Origin: Dehalococcoidia bacterium
Lineage (GTDB): Bacteria > Chloroflexota > Dehalococcoidia > UBA2979
DNA: 64,000 nucleotides
Assembly (NCBI GenBank): GCA_964291495.2
Contig: OZ219871.1
Span: 1,120,001 to 1,184,000, forward strand
Direction: 5' to 3'
Shown here: piece after piece, positions 11,101 to 21,795 of the stretch
Numbering within the stretch: position 1 is the stretch's first letter
Layout: every line of letters starts with the position of its first letter
Program-made: the position numbers and the translations under genes
Notes under the pieces: model-generated
Databases searched by the model: none
Seen by the model: the letters and a program-made list of their open reading frames with translations, nothing else
Told to the model about the DNA's origin: nothing

Positions 11101-11238
11101 AGCGACGAGCTTCGTCGTAACCAGGAAATCGCGCACTGCGCTGGTGATGTTCGCCTCGGCCTCGCCGAGGTCATGTCGTCGCAGGATGGCCGCGGCCAGT
11201 TCGGGATACCTCGGATCGTTGTAGTCAATCGTCGCCAT
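8149..11238 (-). CDS. Type IIG-like restriction-modification enzyme (nuclease + N6-adenine methyltransferase + target recognition region)
   Basis: N-terminal D...VEFK and GVLTDG (PD-(D/E)xK type), GEYYTP, VLDPACGSGTF (motif I), IIGNPPW (motif IV); codon usage visibly less GC-biased than flanks. Confidence 0.88.
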   Translation of the reverse strand: MATIDYNDPRYPELAAAILRRHDLGEAEANITSAVRDFLVTTKLVAANEIREEDHPGDESRKAVDLTALDTYVEFKRRTGYPQPETEWIEQIDDYLEASQQAGHGVRMGVLTDGKHWFLRWPGAGPVRTSPPHAFVLESAERWIALYEWLRDHALGAAEQIRPSRETVADRFGAHSVLYQRDLDALRQLYGEHREDETIAVKRRLWFNLLRAAVGEFANLVDDPDDLFVRHTYLTAVTGMAVQARFRIPIVDLAQTNPADLLEGRQFSDQTGLQGIVETDFFSWPGEVGGEPLLAAIARRLARFDWDEAPADIAAILYETVIPADERRQLGEYYTPDWLASAIIDELVDDPLEQRVLDPACGSGTFIAEAVRRYVEAAEHSNLTAAEALVRLRDVVVGIDVHPVAVHLARSAWTLAAQPLIERATADGFEGPVSAPIYLGDSLQLRFDTGDLLSEAEVRIEIGDEQQNVLIFPTSLVEQADLFDAVMSGVADAIARGEDPLLELTDHPLTEAQRDSLTPAIRTMSELHAEGRNHIWAYYTRNLVRPVALARSKADVIIGNPPWLNYNQTVDVLRTELERQSKRLYDIWVGGKYATHQDVAGLFFARCVDLYLDEDGVIGMVMPHSALGAGQHAKWRSGRWRVHSVDFGFKRPWDLERLEPNDFFPIPSSVVFARRDARDVAVALAGNAERWEGRPGDPDVTRTVVALATAVEGKSSPYRPLAEQGASLIPRCLFIVEEIENPALIRAAGTTMVNPRRGKQDRVPWRDLDLTAIVGQTIENAHVFDAYLGESVAPYVTLAPLKAALPISDDVHVRRLPASGTPSAIGGIDPGPLGRRMRARWRTVSGLWDTNKKPANRLTLLGQLDYRRKLSKQIEWQAATSAAALRVVYGSSGRPTAAVLRDRDAVVDKNLFWIPCGSEPEAMYLLAVINSDVLREAVEPLRPKGLWGSRDLQKHLWNLPIPRFDSGDDLHVEVAAAGEAAAEGAARQLEGQEGVSSANARRIVRQWLADSPAGREVERAVGALLAEAG

Positions 11239-11350
11239 CACGTTCACCGTAGACGATCGCGCGGATAGTGGCAGCGCCCGCCCCCAACCCCGGCCTCCCC
11301 CCGCGCGTGTGCGATAATGGCGCGTACGGCGGAGCGGAGGGGCCCGCGAC

Positions 11351-12034
11351 ATGAGCTGGCTGCGCTTTCTGCGCGAGAACATCGAGGCGGCACAGGACCG
11401 CGATCCCGCGGCGCGCGGCGCGCTCGAGGTGCTGCTCACCTACCCCGGCATCCACGCGCTCATGGTGCACCGCATCACCCACGAGGCCGCACTGCTCGGC
11501 GTGCCGCTGCTGCCGCGCCTGATCTCGCACATCGCGCGCTTCCTCACCGGCATCGAGATCCACCCCGGCGCCACCATCGGGCGGCGCTGCTTCATCGACC
11601 ATGGCATGGGCGTCGTGATCGGCGAGACCACGATCATCGGCGACAACTGCCACCTCTACCAGGGCGTCACCCTTGGCGGCACCTCGACGCGGCGCGAGAA
11701 GCGCCACCCCACGCTCGAGGACGGCGTCGTGGTCGGCGCCGGGGCGAAGATCATCGGCGACGTCACGATCGGCCATAACTCGCGCATCGGCGCGGGCGCC
11801 GTCGTCGTCTCCAGCGTCCCGCCCAACGCAACCGTCGTCGGCGTGCCCGGCCATGTCGTCGCCTTCACCAACCAGAGCAACGACACCGTCGAACGCCTCC
11901 CGGACCCCGAGTGGGACCGCATCGAGGAGCTGGAGCGGCGCATTGCCCGCCTCGAGCGCGAGCGCCAGCCCACCCCGACCACCTCGGGGAGCTCGCCCGG
12001 CGGCTTCGACGGCGGCGCGTCGCGCGAGCCGTAG
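11351..12034 (+). CDS. cysE: Serine O-acetyltransferase
   Basis: [36 protein letters not shown]. Confidence 0.95.
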   Translation: MSWLRFLRENIEAAQDRDPAARGALEVLLTYPGIHALMVHRITHEAALLGVPLLPRLISHIARFLTGIEIHPGATIGRRCFIDHGMGVVIGETTIIGDNCHLYQGVTLGGTSTRREKRHPTLEDGVVVGAGAKIIGDVTIGHNSRIGAGAVVVSSVPPNATVVGVPGHVVAFTNQSNDTVERLPDPEWDRIEELERRIARLERERQPTPTTSGSSPGGFDGGASREP

Positions 12035-12074
12035 CCACCACGCGATCGCAGGCAGGACCAGCGGAGCGCGTGCG

Positions 12075-13523
12075 ATGCGTCTGACCAACACCCTCAGCGG
12101 CGCCGTCGAGACGTTTAGCCCCCTCGAGGACGGGCGCGTCGGCATCTACGTCTGCGGCGTCACGCCCTACGAGGAGAGCCACTTCGGCCATGCCCAGTAC
12201 GCGATCATCTTCGACGCCTTCGTGCGCTACCTGCGCTGGGAGGGCTCGCCCGGCGGCGGCGCCGAGGTGACCTACGTCTCCAACTACACCGACGTCGACG
12301 ACAAGGTGATCGACCGCGCCGCCGAGCTGGGCCGCGACCCGCTCGACCTCGTGAACGACCAGATCGAGCTGTGGGAGCGGCAGCAGCGCGCGCTCAACCT
12401 GCAGGAGCCGGACGTGCGCCCGCGCGTCACCGAGCACATCGAGACAATCATCGAGGCGATCGAGCGGATCATCGAGGCCGGCTACGGCTACGCCACCGCC
12501 GCCGGCGACGTCTACTACCGCGTGCGCGCGATGGAGGACTACGGGAAGCTCTCCCACCGCAACATCGAGGAGCTGCGCGCGGGCACGCGCGGCGAGCCCG
12601 GCGAGGGCAAGGAGTTCCCGCTCGACTTCGCACTCTGGAAGGCGATGAAGCCGGGCGAGCCGAACTGGCCCTCGCCGTGGGGCGCGGGGCGGCCCGGCTG
12701 GCACATCGAGTGCTCGGCGATGTCGCAGCGCTACCTCGGCGCCTCGTTCGACATCCACGGCGGCGGAGTTGACCTCGTCTTCCCGCACCACGAGAACGAG
12801 GTCGCGCAGGCCGAGGCGGTGAGCGGGCCCGGCTCGTTCGCCCGGACCTGGCTGCACAACGGCCTCGTCCAGCGCGACGGCGAGAAGATGTCGAAGTCGA
12901 TCGGCAACGTCGTGACCGTGCGCGATGCGCTCGACACCTGGCGGCCGGACGCGCTGCGCCTGTTCGTTCTCGAGAGCCACTACCGACGCCCCAACAACCT
13001 CACCGACGAGGCGATGGCGGCCGCCGAGCGCGGCCTCGACCGGCTGCTCGCCGCCGTCCGCGACGAGGGCGCGGGCGCGGGCCCGGCCTCGAGCGCCGGG
13101 CCGGCCGAGCGCGCCCGCTTCGTCGAGGCGCTCGAGGACGACTTCAGCACGCCGCGCGCGCTCGCCGCGGTCTTCGACCTCGCGCGCACCATCAACCGCG
13201 AGCGCGACGCCGGGGCGGACGTGCGCCCCGCGCAGGCGGTGCTGCGCGAGCTGGCCGGCGTGCTCGGCCTGCGCCTCGATGCGGCGGGCGAGGACGGCGA
13301 CGGCCTCGACGCCGTCGCGCTCTCCAAGCTGGCCGCGCGCCACGAGGTGGCCTGCGGCGGCAGCGACGCGGAGACGACGATCGAGGCGCTGCTGGCGCGC
13401 CGCCAGCAGGCGCGCGAGGAGCGCGACTTCGCCCTCGCCGACGCGATCCGCGCCGACCTCGCCGCCGCCGGCATCGAGGTGGAGGACACGCCTCGCGGCG
13501 CGCGCTGGAGCGCGGTGCGGTAG
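12075..13523 (+). CDS. cysS: Cysteine--tRNA ligase
   Basis: YVCGVTPY, HFGH (HIGH), PGWHIECSAM, DIHGGG.DL.FPHHENE, KMSKS. Confidence 0.96.
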   Translation: MRLTNTLSGAVETFSPLEDGRVGIYVCGVTPYEESHFGHAQYAIIFDAFVRYLRWEGSPGGGAEVTYVSNYTDVDDKVIDRAAELGRDPLDLVNDQIELWERQQRALNLQEPDVRPRVTEHIETIIEAIERIIEAGYGYATAAGDVYYRVRAMEDYGKLSHRNIEELRAGTRGEPGEGKEFPLDFALWKAMKPGEPNWPSPWGAGRPGWHIECSAMSQRYLGASFDIHGGGVDLVFPHHENEVAQAEAVSGPGSFARTWLHNGLVQRDGEKMSKSIGNVVTVRDALDTWRPDALRLFVLESHYRRPNNLTDEAMAAAERGLDRLLAAVRDEGAGAGPASSAGPAERARFVEALEDDFSTPRALAAVFDLARTINRERDAGADVRPAQAVLRELAGVLGLRLDAAGEDGDGLDAVALSKLAARHEVACGGSDAETTIEALLARRQQAREERDFALADAIRADLAAAGIEVEDTPRGARWSAVR

Positions 13524-13606
13524 GGCCGCACTGCGCATCGTGACTCCCCCTAGGCAGTTGCGCCTGTATGCTTGCCTGCGTCCCGGCAGCCCGAGGTGAC
13601 TAGCGC

Positions 13607-14776
13607 GTGATCGTCGGCGTTCCAGCAGAGTCGGTCGGAGGTGAGCGCAGGGTTGCGCTTGTCCCCGCCGTCGTCTCCCGGGTCGCCGACAGCGGCGCGG
13701 AGATGCTCGTCGAGAGCGGCGCCGGCAGCGCCGCCGGGTTCCCCGACGAGGACTACGCCGCGGCAGGCGCACGCATCGCCGCGAACGCCGCCGAGGTGCT
13801 GGCCGAGGCCGACGTCGTCGTCCGCCTCGCCGCGCCCGAGGGCGGCGCGGGCCTCGAGGGCCTGCGCGAGGGACAGACGCTCGTCGGGCTGCTCAACCCG
13901 CTCGGCAACGCCCCGGGCATCGCGTCCCTCGCCGAGCGGGGCGTCAGCGCCTTCGCGCTCGAGCTGCTGCCGAGGATCAGCCGCGCGCAGCCGATGGACG
14001 CGCTCACCTCGATGGCCACGATCGCCGGCTACAAGGCGGTCCTGGTGGCGGCGGACACGCTCTCGAAGCTGTTCCCGCTGATGATGACCGCCGCCGGGAC
14101 CGTCACGCCCGCCCGCGTGCTGGTGATCGGCGCCGGCGTCGCCGGCCTGCAGGCGATCGCCACCGCGCGGCGCCTCGGCGCGGTCGTGCATGCCTACGAC
14201 GTCCGCCCGGCCGTCGCCGAGCAGGTCGAGAGCCTCGGTGGGCGCTTCGTCGAGCTCGATCTCGACGCGGCCGACGCCGAGGACGCAGGCGGCTACGCGC
14301 AGGCGATGGGCGAGGAGTTCTACGCCCGCCAGCGCGAGCTGCTCGGGAACGTCGTCGCCGAGAGCGACGTGGTGATCACCACCGCAGCCGTGCCCGGCAG
14401 CGCCGCGCCGCTGCTCGTGACCGCAGACGCCGTCGGGCGGATGCGCTACGGCTCGGTGATCGTCGACCTCGCCGCCGAGACAGGCGGCAACTGCGAGCTG
14501 ACCCGCGCGGGCGAGGACGTGAGCACCGAAGGCGTCACCATCCTCGGCCCGCTCAACCTGCCCGCCGCGTTGCCCTTCGACGCCAGCCAGATGTACGCGC
14601 GGAACGTCACCGCGTTCCTCGAGCATGTGTTGCAGGACGGCGCGCTCGCGCTCGACCGCGACGACGAGATCGTGAGCGGCGCGCTCGTCACGCACGGCGG
14701 CCAGGTGGTGCACCCGCGGGTGCGCGAGCAGCTGGGCCTCGCGGCGCCTGAGCCTCAGCCTGCAAGAACGGAGTAG
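13607..14776 (+). CDS. pntA: NAD(P) transhydrogenase alpha subunit, domain I
   Basis: ERRVALVP, PRISRAQ.MDAL.S, GAGVAGLQAIATA, DLAAETGGNC. Confidence 0.95.
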   Translation: MIVGVPAESVGGERRVALVPAVVSRVADSGAEMLVESGAGSAAGFPDEDYAAAGARIAANAAEVLAEADVVVRLAAPEGGAGLEGLREGQTLVGLLNPLGNAPGIASLAERGVSAFALELLPRISRAQPMDALTSMATIAGYKAVLVAADTLSKLFPLMMTAAGTVTPARVLVIGAGVAGLQAIATARRLGAVVHAYDVRPAVAEQVESLGGRFVELDLDAADAEDAGGYAQAMGEEFYARQRELLGNVVAESDVVITTAAVPGSAAPLLVTADAVGRMRYGSVIVDLAAETGGNCELTRAGEDVSTEGVTILGPLNLPAALPFDASQMYARNVTAFLEHVLQDGALALDRDDEIVSGALVTHGGQVVHPRVREQLGLAAPEPQPARTE

Positions 14777-14779
14777 CCG

Positions 14780-15070
14780 ATGGAAGTCTTTGTCGCCGCG
14801 CTCACGATCTTCGTGCTCGCGCTGTTCGTCGGGTACGAGGTGATCACGAAGGTGCCGCCGCTGCTGCACACGCCGCTGATGTCCGGCGCCAACGCCATCT
14901 CCGGCATCACCCTCGTCGGCACGCTGGTCACCGCAGGCGCGCAACTCACCGTCCTGACCACGATCCTCGGCGTCGTGGCCGTGGCGATGGCGACCGCGAA
15001 CGTCGTCGGTGGGTTCCTCGTGACCCACCGCATGCTCTCGATGTTCCGCGACAGGGGTGACCGTGCCTGA
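14780..15070 (+). CDS. pntA: NAD(P) transhydrogenase alpha subunit, membrane part (alpha2)
   Basis: VPPLLHTPLMSGANAISG, NVVGGFLVTHRML. Confidence 0.95.
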   Translation: MEVFVAALTIFVLALFVGYEVITKVPPLLHTPLMSGANAISGITLVGTLVTAGAQLTVLTTILGVVAVAMATANVVGGFLVTHRMLSMFRDRGDRA

Positions 15071-16469
15071 GCTCCAGGCGGAGTGGATCGACCTCTTCTA
15101 CCTGGTAGCGGCGGTCCTCTTCATCCTCGCGCTGAAGGACATGTCGCACCCGCGCACCGCGGTGCGCGGCAACCTGCTCGGCTCCTCGGGCATGCTGCTC
15201 GCGATCATCGTCACGCTGACCGACCACCGCATCATCAGCTTCGAGGTCATCATCGCCGGGGTCGTCGTCGGCGCGCTGATCGGGGCCTTCATGGCCTACC
15301 GTGCGCCGCTCACGGCGATGCCGCAGGTGGTCGCGGTCTTCAACGGCTTCGGCGGCGGCGCCTCGGCGCTCGCCGTCGGCGCCGCGCTCGAGGAGGCGCT
15401 CAAGGGCGGCTTCGTCGAGGCCGTCGACTTCCAGTTCACCATCGCCGCGGTCGCCTCCGGGCTGATCGGCGGCGTCTCGATGACGGGCAGCGCGATCGCC
15501 TTCGGCAAGCTGCAGGGCCTCGTCACCGAGCGGCCGATCCTGCTGCCGGGCCGCCACTTCCTCAACGCGACGCTGTTCACGGTGTGTGTCGCGCTCGGCG
15601 TCTGGCTGATCGCCGACTCGGACCCCTCGCTGCCGTTCTGGCTGCTGGTCGCCTTCGCGGCCGCGCTCGGCATCATGCTGGTGATCCCGATCGGCGGGGC
15701 CGACATGCCCGTCGTGATCTCGCTGCTCAACGCCTACTCCGGTCTGGCGGCGGCGGGGCACGGCTGGGTGCTGAACAACAGCGTGCTGATCATCGCCGGC
15801 TCGCTGGTCGGCGCGGCCGGGTTCATCCTCACGGCGCTGATGTCGCAGGCGATGAACCGCTCGCTGCCGAACATCATGTTCGCCGGCGTCGGCGCCGAGG
15901 TCGCCTCGGACGAGGACAGCGACGATGTCTACGCCGGGCGCGTCAAGTCCGCGTCCGCCGACGAGGTCGCGATGCTCCTCGATGCTGCGCGCCGGGTGGT
16001 GGTGGCGCCGGGCTACGGGCTGGCGGTCGCGCAGGCGCAGTACGCGATCCACGACCTGATGGACCTCCTCGAGGAGCGCGGCGTCGAGGTGGAGTTCGCG
16101 ATCCATCCCGTCGCGGGGCGGATGCCGGGCCACATGAACGTGCTGCTGGCCGAGGCGGACATCCCCTACGAGCAGCTCAGGGAGATGGACGAGATCAACC
16201 CGACCTTCCGCCAGACCGACGTGGTGCTCGTCTTCGGCGCGAACGACGTGGTCAACCCGATGGCGCGCGAGGCGGACCCCTCGATCCCGATCGCCGGCAT
16301 GCCGATCCTCGACGTCGATCACGCGCGGACCGTGGTGATCGTGAAGCGCTCGATGAGCCCCGGCTTCGCCGGCATCCCGAACCCACTGTTCGCCGCCGAC
16401 AACACGCTCATGCTCTTCGCCGACGCCCGCGTCGCGGCCAACGAGCTGACGGCGGCGTTGCGGGGGTAG
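15057..16469 (+). CDS. pntB: NAD(P) transhydrogenase beta subunit
   Basis: MPQVVAVFNGFGG, IGGADMPVVISLLN, PGYGLAVAQAQ, HPVAGRMPGHMNVLLAEA. Confidence 0.96.
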   Translation: MTVPELQAEWIDLFYLVAAVLFILALKDMSHPRTAVRGNLLGSSGMLLAIIVTLTDHRIISFEVIIAGVVVGALIGAFMAYRAPLTAMPQVVAVFNGFGGGASALAVGAALEEALKGGFVEAVDFQFTIAAVASGLIGGVSMTGSAIAFGKLQGLVTERPILLPGRHFLNATLFTVCVALGVWLIADSDPSLPFWLLVAFAAALGIMLVIPIGGADMPVVISLLNAYSGLAAAGHGWVLNNSVLIIAGSLVGAAGFILTALMSQAMNRSLPNIMFAGVGAEVASDEDSDDVYAGRVKSASADEVAMLLDAARRVVVAPGYGLAVAQAQYAIHDLMDLLEERGVEVEFAIHPVAGRMPGHMNVLLAEADIPYEQLREMDEINPTFRQTDVVLVFGANDVVNPMAREADPSIPIAGMPILDVDHARTVVIVKRSMSPGFAGIPNPLFAADNTLMLFADARVAANELTAALRG

Positions 16470-16518
16470 GGGCGAACGGCACGGGGCGGTCGCCAACAGT
16501 CACGCCACCAGGTTCGGT

Positions 16519-16765
16519 ATGGAACGCAGCTACGTGATGAAGGTGTCGTCGAACGGGCGGGTGTCGATTCCGGCTGAGGTGCGTGCGCGCTGGAAGGCCG
16601 ACCGAATGCTCGTCATCGACCTCGGCGATCACCTTAGGGATGCGCCCGCTCCCTTCAAACCCCATCGCTGCTTTCCAGGGAAAGTACGCCGGGCGAGGGC
16701 CAAGCTCTGACGAGGCTCGCCGCGAAGCGCGGGCCGCGGACGCCGACCGGGAGCGTTGCCGCTGA
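16519..16765 (+). pseudogene. Frameshifted AbrB/MazE/SpoVT-family antitoxin-like gene
   Basis: KVSSNGRVSIPAEVR (AbrB motif) in one frame; MRPLPSNPIAAFQGKY... continues in the +1 frame after ~16636; no toxin ORF follows. Confidence 0.65.
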
Positions 16766-16820
16766 CGGCGGGACGCTGAACGCCTCGCGTACGCAGCGGT
16801 GCGGGTGGCGGCGCCTCGCG

Positions 16821-16850
16821 TTGACCCTCCTCGGAGGCCGTTTCTATACT
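16821..16850 (+). promoter_or_regulatory. Sigma70-type promoter of the tRNA-tuf cluster
   Basis: TTGACC-N18-TATACT about 60 nt upstream of tRNA-Thr. Confidence 0.7.
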
Positions 16851-16912
16851 TAACCGATCGCACTTGGCCGGTTGGCCGGGTGTGATTGTTTCATGTGCGC
16901 CGGCACTGTCGG

Positions 16913-16988
16913 GCCCGAGTGGCGCAATGGCAGCGCAGCCGATTTGTAATCGGCAGGTTAGCGGGTTCGAATCCCCTCTCGGGCTCCA
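16913..16988 (+). tRNA. tRNA-Thr(TGT)
   Basis: Acceptor GCCCGAG/CTCGGGC, anticodon arm GCCGA-TTTGTAA-TCGGC, GTTCGAATC, CCA. Confidence 0.95.
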
Positions 16989-17047
16989 CTCACTCCTGCG
17001 GGGTTGTGTGGAGGCGCGCGGGGTGAGGATGCCGGCCGTCGACGCCC

Positions 17048-17133
17048 GCAGGGGTGGGAGAGTGGTTAATTCCAGCGGTCTGTAAAACCGCCGCCTTACG
17101 GCTACGCAGGTTCGAATCCTGCCCCCTGCACCA
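17048..17133 (+). tRNA. tRNA-Tyr(GTA)
   Basis: Acceptor GCAGGGG/CCCCTGC, GCGGT-CTGTAAA-ACCGC, long variable arm, CCA. Confidence 0.95.
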
Positions 17134-17199
17134 GTCGCACGCGCCACCGAGGCTGGGAACCAGGGCACCGCCGCAGAGTGGCGCCAGAAGCGGAGATAT

Positions 17200-17275
17200 G
17201 CCCTCATAGCTCAGTCGGTAGAGCGCGTTCTTGGTAAGAACGAGGTCAGCGGTTCAAATCCGCTTGAGGGCTCCA
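17200..17275 (+). tRNA. tRNA-Thr(GGT)
   Basis: Acceptor GCCCTCA/TGAGGGC, GTTCT-TGGTA-AGAAC, GTTCAAATC, CCA. Confidence 0.95.
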
Positions 17276-17350
17276 CCACAGCGATCAGCCACAGCAGCGC
17301 CTCCCCCGGCAGGAGAGTCGGGGTAGGCGGGGGAGAACGGGAGCCGGAGG

Positions 17351-18550
<1,200 letters not shown>

Positions 18551-18586
18551 CGCGGACGCGGGCGGGACGCTCGAGGAGCGGAGATC

Positions 18587-18748
18587 ATGGCCAAGGGCGA
18601 CCGGGAGCACATCACGCTGGCGTGCACGCAGTGCCGCTCCCGCAACTACCACACGAGGAAGAACCGGCGGAACGATCCGGAGCGGCTGGAGCTGCGCAAG
18701 TTCTGCCGTCGCTGCCGGGCCCACCAGTCACACCGCGAAACGCGGTAG
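18587..18748 (+). CDS. rpmG: 50S ribosomal protein L33 (Zn-ribbon type; not in ORF track)
   Basis: [53 protein letters not shown]. Confidence 0.96.
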   Translation: MAKGDREHITLACTQCRSRNYHTRKNRRNDPERLELRKFCRRCRAHQSHRETR

Positions 18749-18790
18749 GCTGGCCCTTGAGGCCGAACAGACAGCCGAACGGAGCCGTCG

Positions 18791-19120
18791 ATGGGTCGAG
18801 CGCTGCGCAGGCAGCAAGAGCGCGCCCAGCGCCGCCAGCAGCGGCAGCAGCAGCGCGCCGCGGCCTCGGGCGGCGGCGGCCGCGGGCCCTCGATGAGCGT
18901 CTCGTCGCCGGCGGCGGGGGACGCCCGTCGTGGACGGCGCTGGGTTCCGCGCTGGATCGCCGACATCGTCAGCGAGCTGCGCAAGGTCACCTGGCCGAAC
19001 CGCCAGGAGGTCGGCTATCTGACCCTGGTGGTCGTGATCGTCTCGCTCTTCTTCGGGGCGATCCTCGGCGTCGCCGATCTGGGCTTCGGCTGGGTCATCG
19101 AGAACACGGTGCTGCGCTAG
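18791..19120 (+). CDS. secE: Preprotein translocase subunit SecE
   Basis: ELRKVTWP motif, single TM, located between rpmG and nusG. Confidence 0.93.
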   Translation: MGRALRRQQERAQRRQQRQQQRAAASGGGGRGPSMSVSSPAAGDARRGRRWVPRWIADIVSELRKVTWPNRQEVGYLTLVVVIVSLFFGAILGVADLGFGWVIENTVLR

Positions 19121-19136
19121 TGTTCGTGGAGGCAGC

Positions 19137-19781
19137 ATGACCAGCGACACGCAACCGCAACCGTCCCCCGCGCCGCCCAACCCGTTCACCGCGGAGCTGG
19201 AGGAGCGCGCCGGTCAGGCCGCCGGCCCCGCCGTGGCCGAGGACGACGGCCGGGCCTGGTACATCGTCCAGACCTACTCCGGCTACGAGAACAAGGTGAA
19301 GAAGAGCCTGGAGCAGCGCATCCAGCAGATGGACATGGCCGACCGCGTCTTCGAGGTGGTGATTCCCACCGAGGACGAGATCGAGATCCGCGACGGCCAG
19401 CGCAAGACCGTCTCCCGCAAGCTCTTCCCCGGCTACATCCTGGTCCAGATGCTGATGGGCGACGACTCCTGGTACGTGGTCCGCAACACCCCGGGCGTCA
19501 CCGGCTTCGCCGGCGCCAGCTCCGACGAGCGCTCGCGGCCGCCCGCCCTCGAGGACGAGGAAGTCGCGCGCATCCTGCGGCAGATGGACACCGGCACGCC
19601 GAGGATCAACGTCGGCTTCGCCGTCGGCGAGGCGGTGCGGGTGATCGACGGTCCGTTCGTCGACTTCGTCGGCCAGGTCGACGAGATCAACCTCGACAAG
19701 GGCAAGGTGCGGGTCATGGTCTCGATGTTCGGCCGGGAGACCCCGGTCGAGCTGGACTTCCTGCAGGTGGAGAAGCAGTAA
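19137..19781 (+). CDS. nusG: Transcription termination/antitermination factor NusG
   Basis: WYIVQTYSGYENKVK, FPGYILV, RNTPGVTGF, MFGRETPVEL. Confidence 0.97.
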   Translation: MTSDTQPQPSPAPPNPFTAELEERAGQAAGPAVAEDDGRAWYIVQTYSGYENKVKKSLEQRIQQMDMADRVFEVVIPTEDEIEIRDGQRKTVSRKLFPGYILVQMLMGDDSWYVVRNTPGVTGFAGASSDERSRPPALEDEEVARILRQMDTGTPRINVGFAVGEAVRVIDGPFVDFVGQVDEINLDKGKVRVMVSMFGRETPVELDFLQVEKQ

Positions 19782-19784
19782 CCG

Positions 19785-20210
19785 ATGGCGAAGCGAGTAC
19801 GCGCACTGGTCAAGTTGCAGATCCAGGCGGGGCGGGCGAACCCCGCGCCGCCGGTGGGCACCGCGCTGGGCCCGCACGGCATCAACATCATGGACTTCTG
19901 CAAGTCCTACAACGCGCGCACCCAGGCGCAGCAGGGCCAGATCATTCCCGCCGTCATCACCATCTACGAGGACCGCTCGTTCAGCTTCGAGCTGCGCACG
20001 CCGCCCGCCTCGGACCTGCTGCGCAAGGCCGCCGGCGTCGACAAGGGCGCGGCGAGCCAGCTCACCGAGGTGGTCGGCTCCGTCACGCAGGACCAGGTGC
20101 GCACCATCGCCGAAACCAAGCTCGTCGACCTCAACACCGACGACATGGACGCCGCCATGCGGATCATCGAGGGCACCGCGCGCTCGATGGGAATCGAGGT
20201 GATGCCGTAA
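19785..20210 (+). CDS. rplK: 50S ribosomal protein L11
   Basis: [19 protein letters not shown]. Confidence 0.98.
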   Translation: MAKRVRALVKLQIQAGRANPAPPVGTALGPHGINIMDFCKSYNARTQAQQGQIIPAVITIYEDRSFSFELRTPPASDLLRKAAGVDKGAASQLTEVVGSVTQDQVRTIAETKLVDLNTDDMDAAMRIIEGTARSMGIEVMP

Positions 20211-20926
20211 TGGGCAAGCGAGGCAAGCGCTACGTCGAGGCCGCCTCGAAGGTGGACCGCCACGCGCTCTACCAGCCGGATGCGGCGCTCAGCGCCGTGA
20301 AGGAAACCGCAACCGCGAAGTTCGATGAGACCGTCGAGCTGCACCTCCGCACCGGCCTCGACGGCCGCCACGCGGAGCAGCAGATCCGGGGGGCCGTCAC
20401 CCTGCCGCACGGCCTCGGCAAGGAGCAGAAGGTCGCCGTCTTCGCCGAGGGCGAGGGCGCGATGCTCGCCAACGAGGCCGGCGCCGACCTCGTCGGAGCG
20501 GACGACCTGATCGCGCGTGTCTCGGACGGGTTCACGGACTTCGACGTCGCGCTCGCGCAGCGCGAGCTGATGGGCAAGGTCGGCCGGCTGGGCCGCATCC
20601 TCGGACCGCGCGGCCTGATGCCGAACCCGCGCAACAACACGGTGCTCGAGGCCAACGACATCCCGCGCGCCGTCAAGGAGGCGAAGTCCGGCCGCGTGGA
20701 GTACCGGCTGGACAAGACCAACTACGTGCATGCGCCGATCGGCAAGGTCTCCTTCAGCGAGGAGCAGCTGATGGAGAACCTGAGCGCGCTGCTCGGCGAG
20801 ATCGTGAAGTCGCGGCCCACGGATCTGAAGGGCCAGTACATCCGCGCCGCCACGCTGACCTCGACGATGGGGCCGGGCGTGCGCGTCGAGCTCGGGCCGC
20901 TGCTCGCGCTCGGCGCCGAGGGGTAG
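20210..20926 (+). CDS. rplA: 50S ribosomal protein L1
   Basis: KFDETVE, LPHGLGK, LGPRGLMPNP, STMGPG. Confidence 0.98.
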   Translation: MGKRGKRYVEAASKVDRHALYQPDAALSAVKETATAKFDETVELHLRTGLDGRHAEQQIRGAVTLPHGLGKEQKVAVFAEGEGAMLANEAGADLVGADDLIARVSDGFTDFDVALAQRELMGKVGRLGRILGPRGLMPNPRNNTVLEANDIPRAVKEAKSGRVEYRLDKTNYVHAPIGKVSFSEEQLMENLSALLGEIVKSRPTDLKGQYIRAATLTSTMGPGVRVELGPLLALGAEG

Positions 20927-21016
20927 GCGAAGCCCGGCATACCACCCGGAGACACGGGCGCTCGCGCGTAAGCGCGGGCGCGGTGGAGACTGTACCGGCG
21001 CCCACGGGGCGCGGAC

Positions 21017-21166
21017 ACCGGAGACCACGGGTTCCGGACGGGCGCACCGCCCGGCGGAAGAATGGCCGCAGGCCGCCCGTGCAGGTGGGATCAGGCGACA
21101 CGGCGACGCGCCTCCGGCCAGGCCCGGATGGCGCGGCGCGAACGCCCTCCCGCCGGAGGGCGTTTT
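21017..21166 (+). promoter_or_regulatory. L10 leader (rplJ-rplL autoregulatory RNA) with terminator-like hairpin
   Basis: CCGGAGACCACGGG...CCCGTGCAGG core in the rplA-rplJ spacer; hairpin AACGCCCTCC-CGCC-GGAGGGCGTT followed by T-run (21141-21166). Confidence 0.7.
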
Positions 21167-21200
21167 GTTCGCCCTCGAACGCAGCAGGAGAGGAGGCGCG

Positions 21201-21734
21201 GTGCCTACGGAGCGCAAGATCGCGCAGGTCGCCGAGCTCAAGGAGCTGATCGAGGGCGTGAACATCGCCATCGGCACGGCCTACCAGGGAATCCCGGTGC
21301 CGGACCAGACGCAGCTGCGGCGCGCGCTGCTGGCCGAAGGCGCCACCCTGCGCGTCATCAAGAACACGCTGCTGCAACGCGCCGCCGAGGAGAGCGGGCA
21401 ACCGCTCTTCGCCGAGCTGGCGCAGGGCCCGACAGCGCTCGTCACCCACCCGGACGACCCGGTGGCGGCGGCGCGAGCCGTACAGAACTACCGCCGCGAG
21501 AACCCGCAGACGCCGTTCGAGGTCCGCAACGCCGTCGTCGACGGCCAGCTCGTGGACGCCGCGTACATCGCCGATCTGGCGACGGTGCCGCCTCGCGAGG
21601 TGCTGATCGGGCGCATCGCGGGCGGGCTGACGGGCAAGATCGTCGAGCTGATGGGGCTGCTCGAGGCGTCGACTCGCGAGCTCGCGGGGCTGATCGACGC
21701 GCGCGCGGAGCAGCTCGAAGGAGCAGAAGCGTAG
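21201..21734 (+). CDS. rplJ: 50S ribosomal protein L10
   Basis: GTG start after AGGAGG; [13 protein letters not shown] motifs; synteny. Confidence 0.95.
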   Translation: MPTERKIAQVAELKELIEGVNIAIGTAYQGIPVPDQTQLRRALLAEGATLRVIKNTLLQRAAEESGQPLFAELAQGPTALVTHPDDPVAAARAVQNYRRENPQTPFEVRNAVVDGQLVDAAYIADLATVPPREVLIGRIAGGLTGKIVELMGLLEASTRELAGLIDARAEQLEGAEA

Positions 21735-21795
21735 GCGCGGCGGCGCGCCAACGGAGCATTGCCGCCCCGATGGGCGGTTCGGAAGGAGCACGAGG

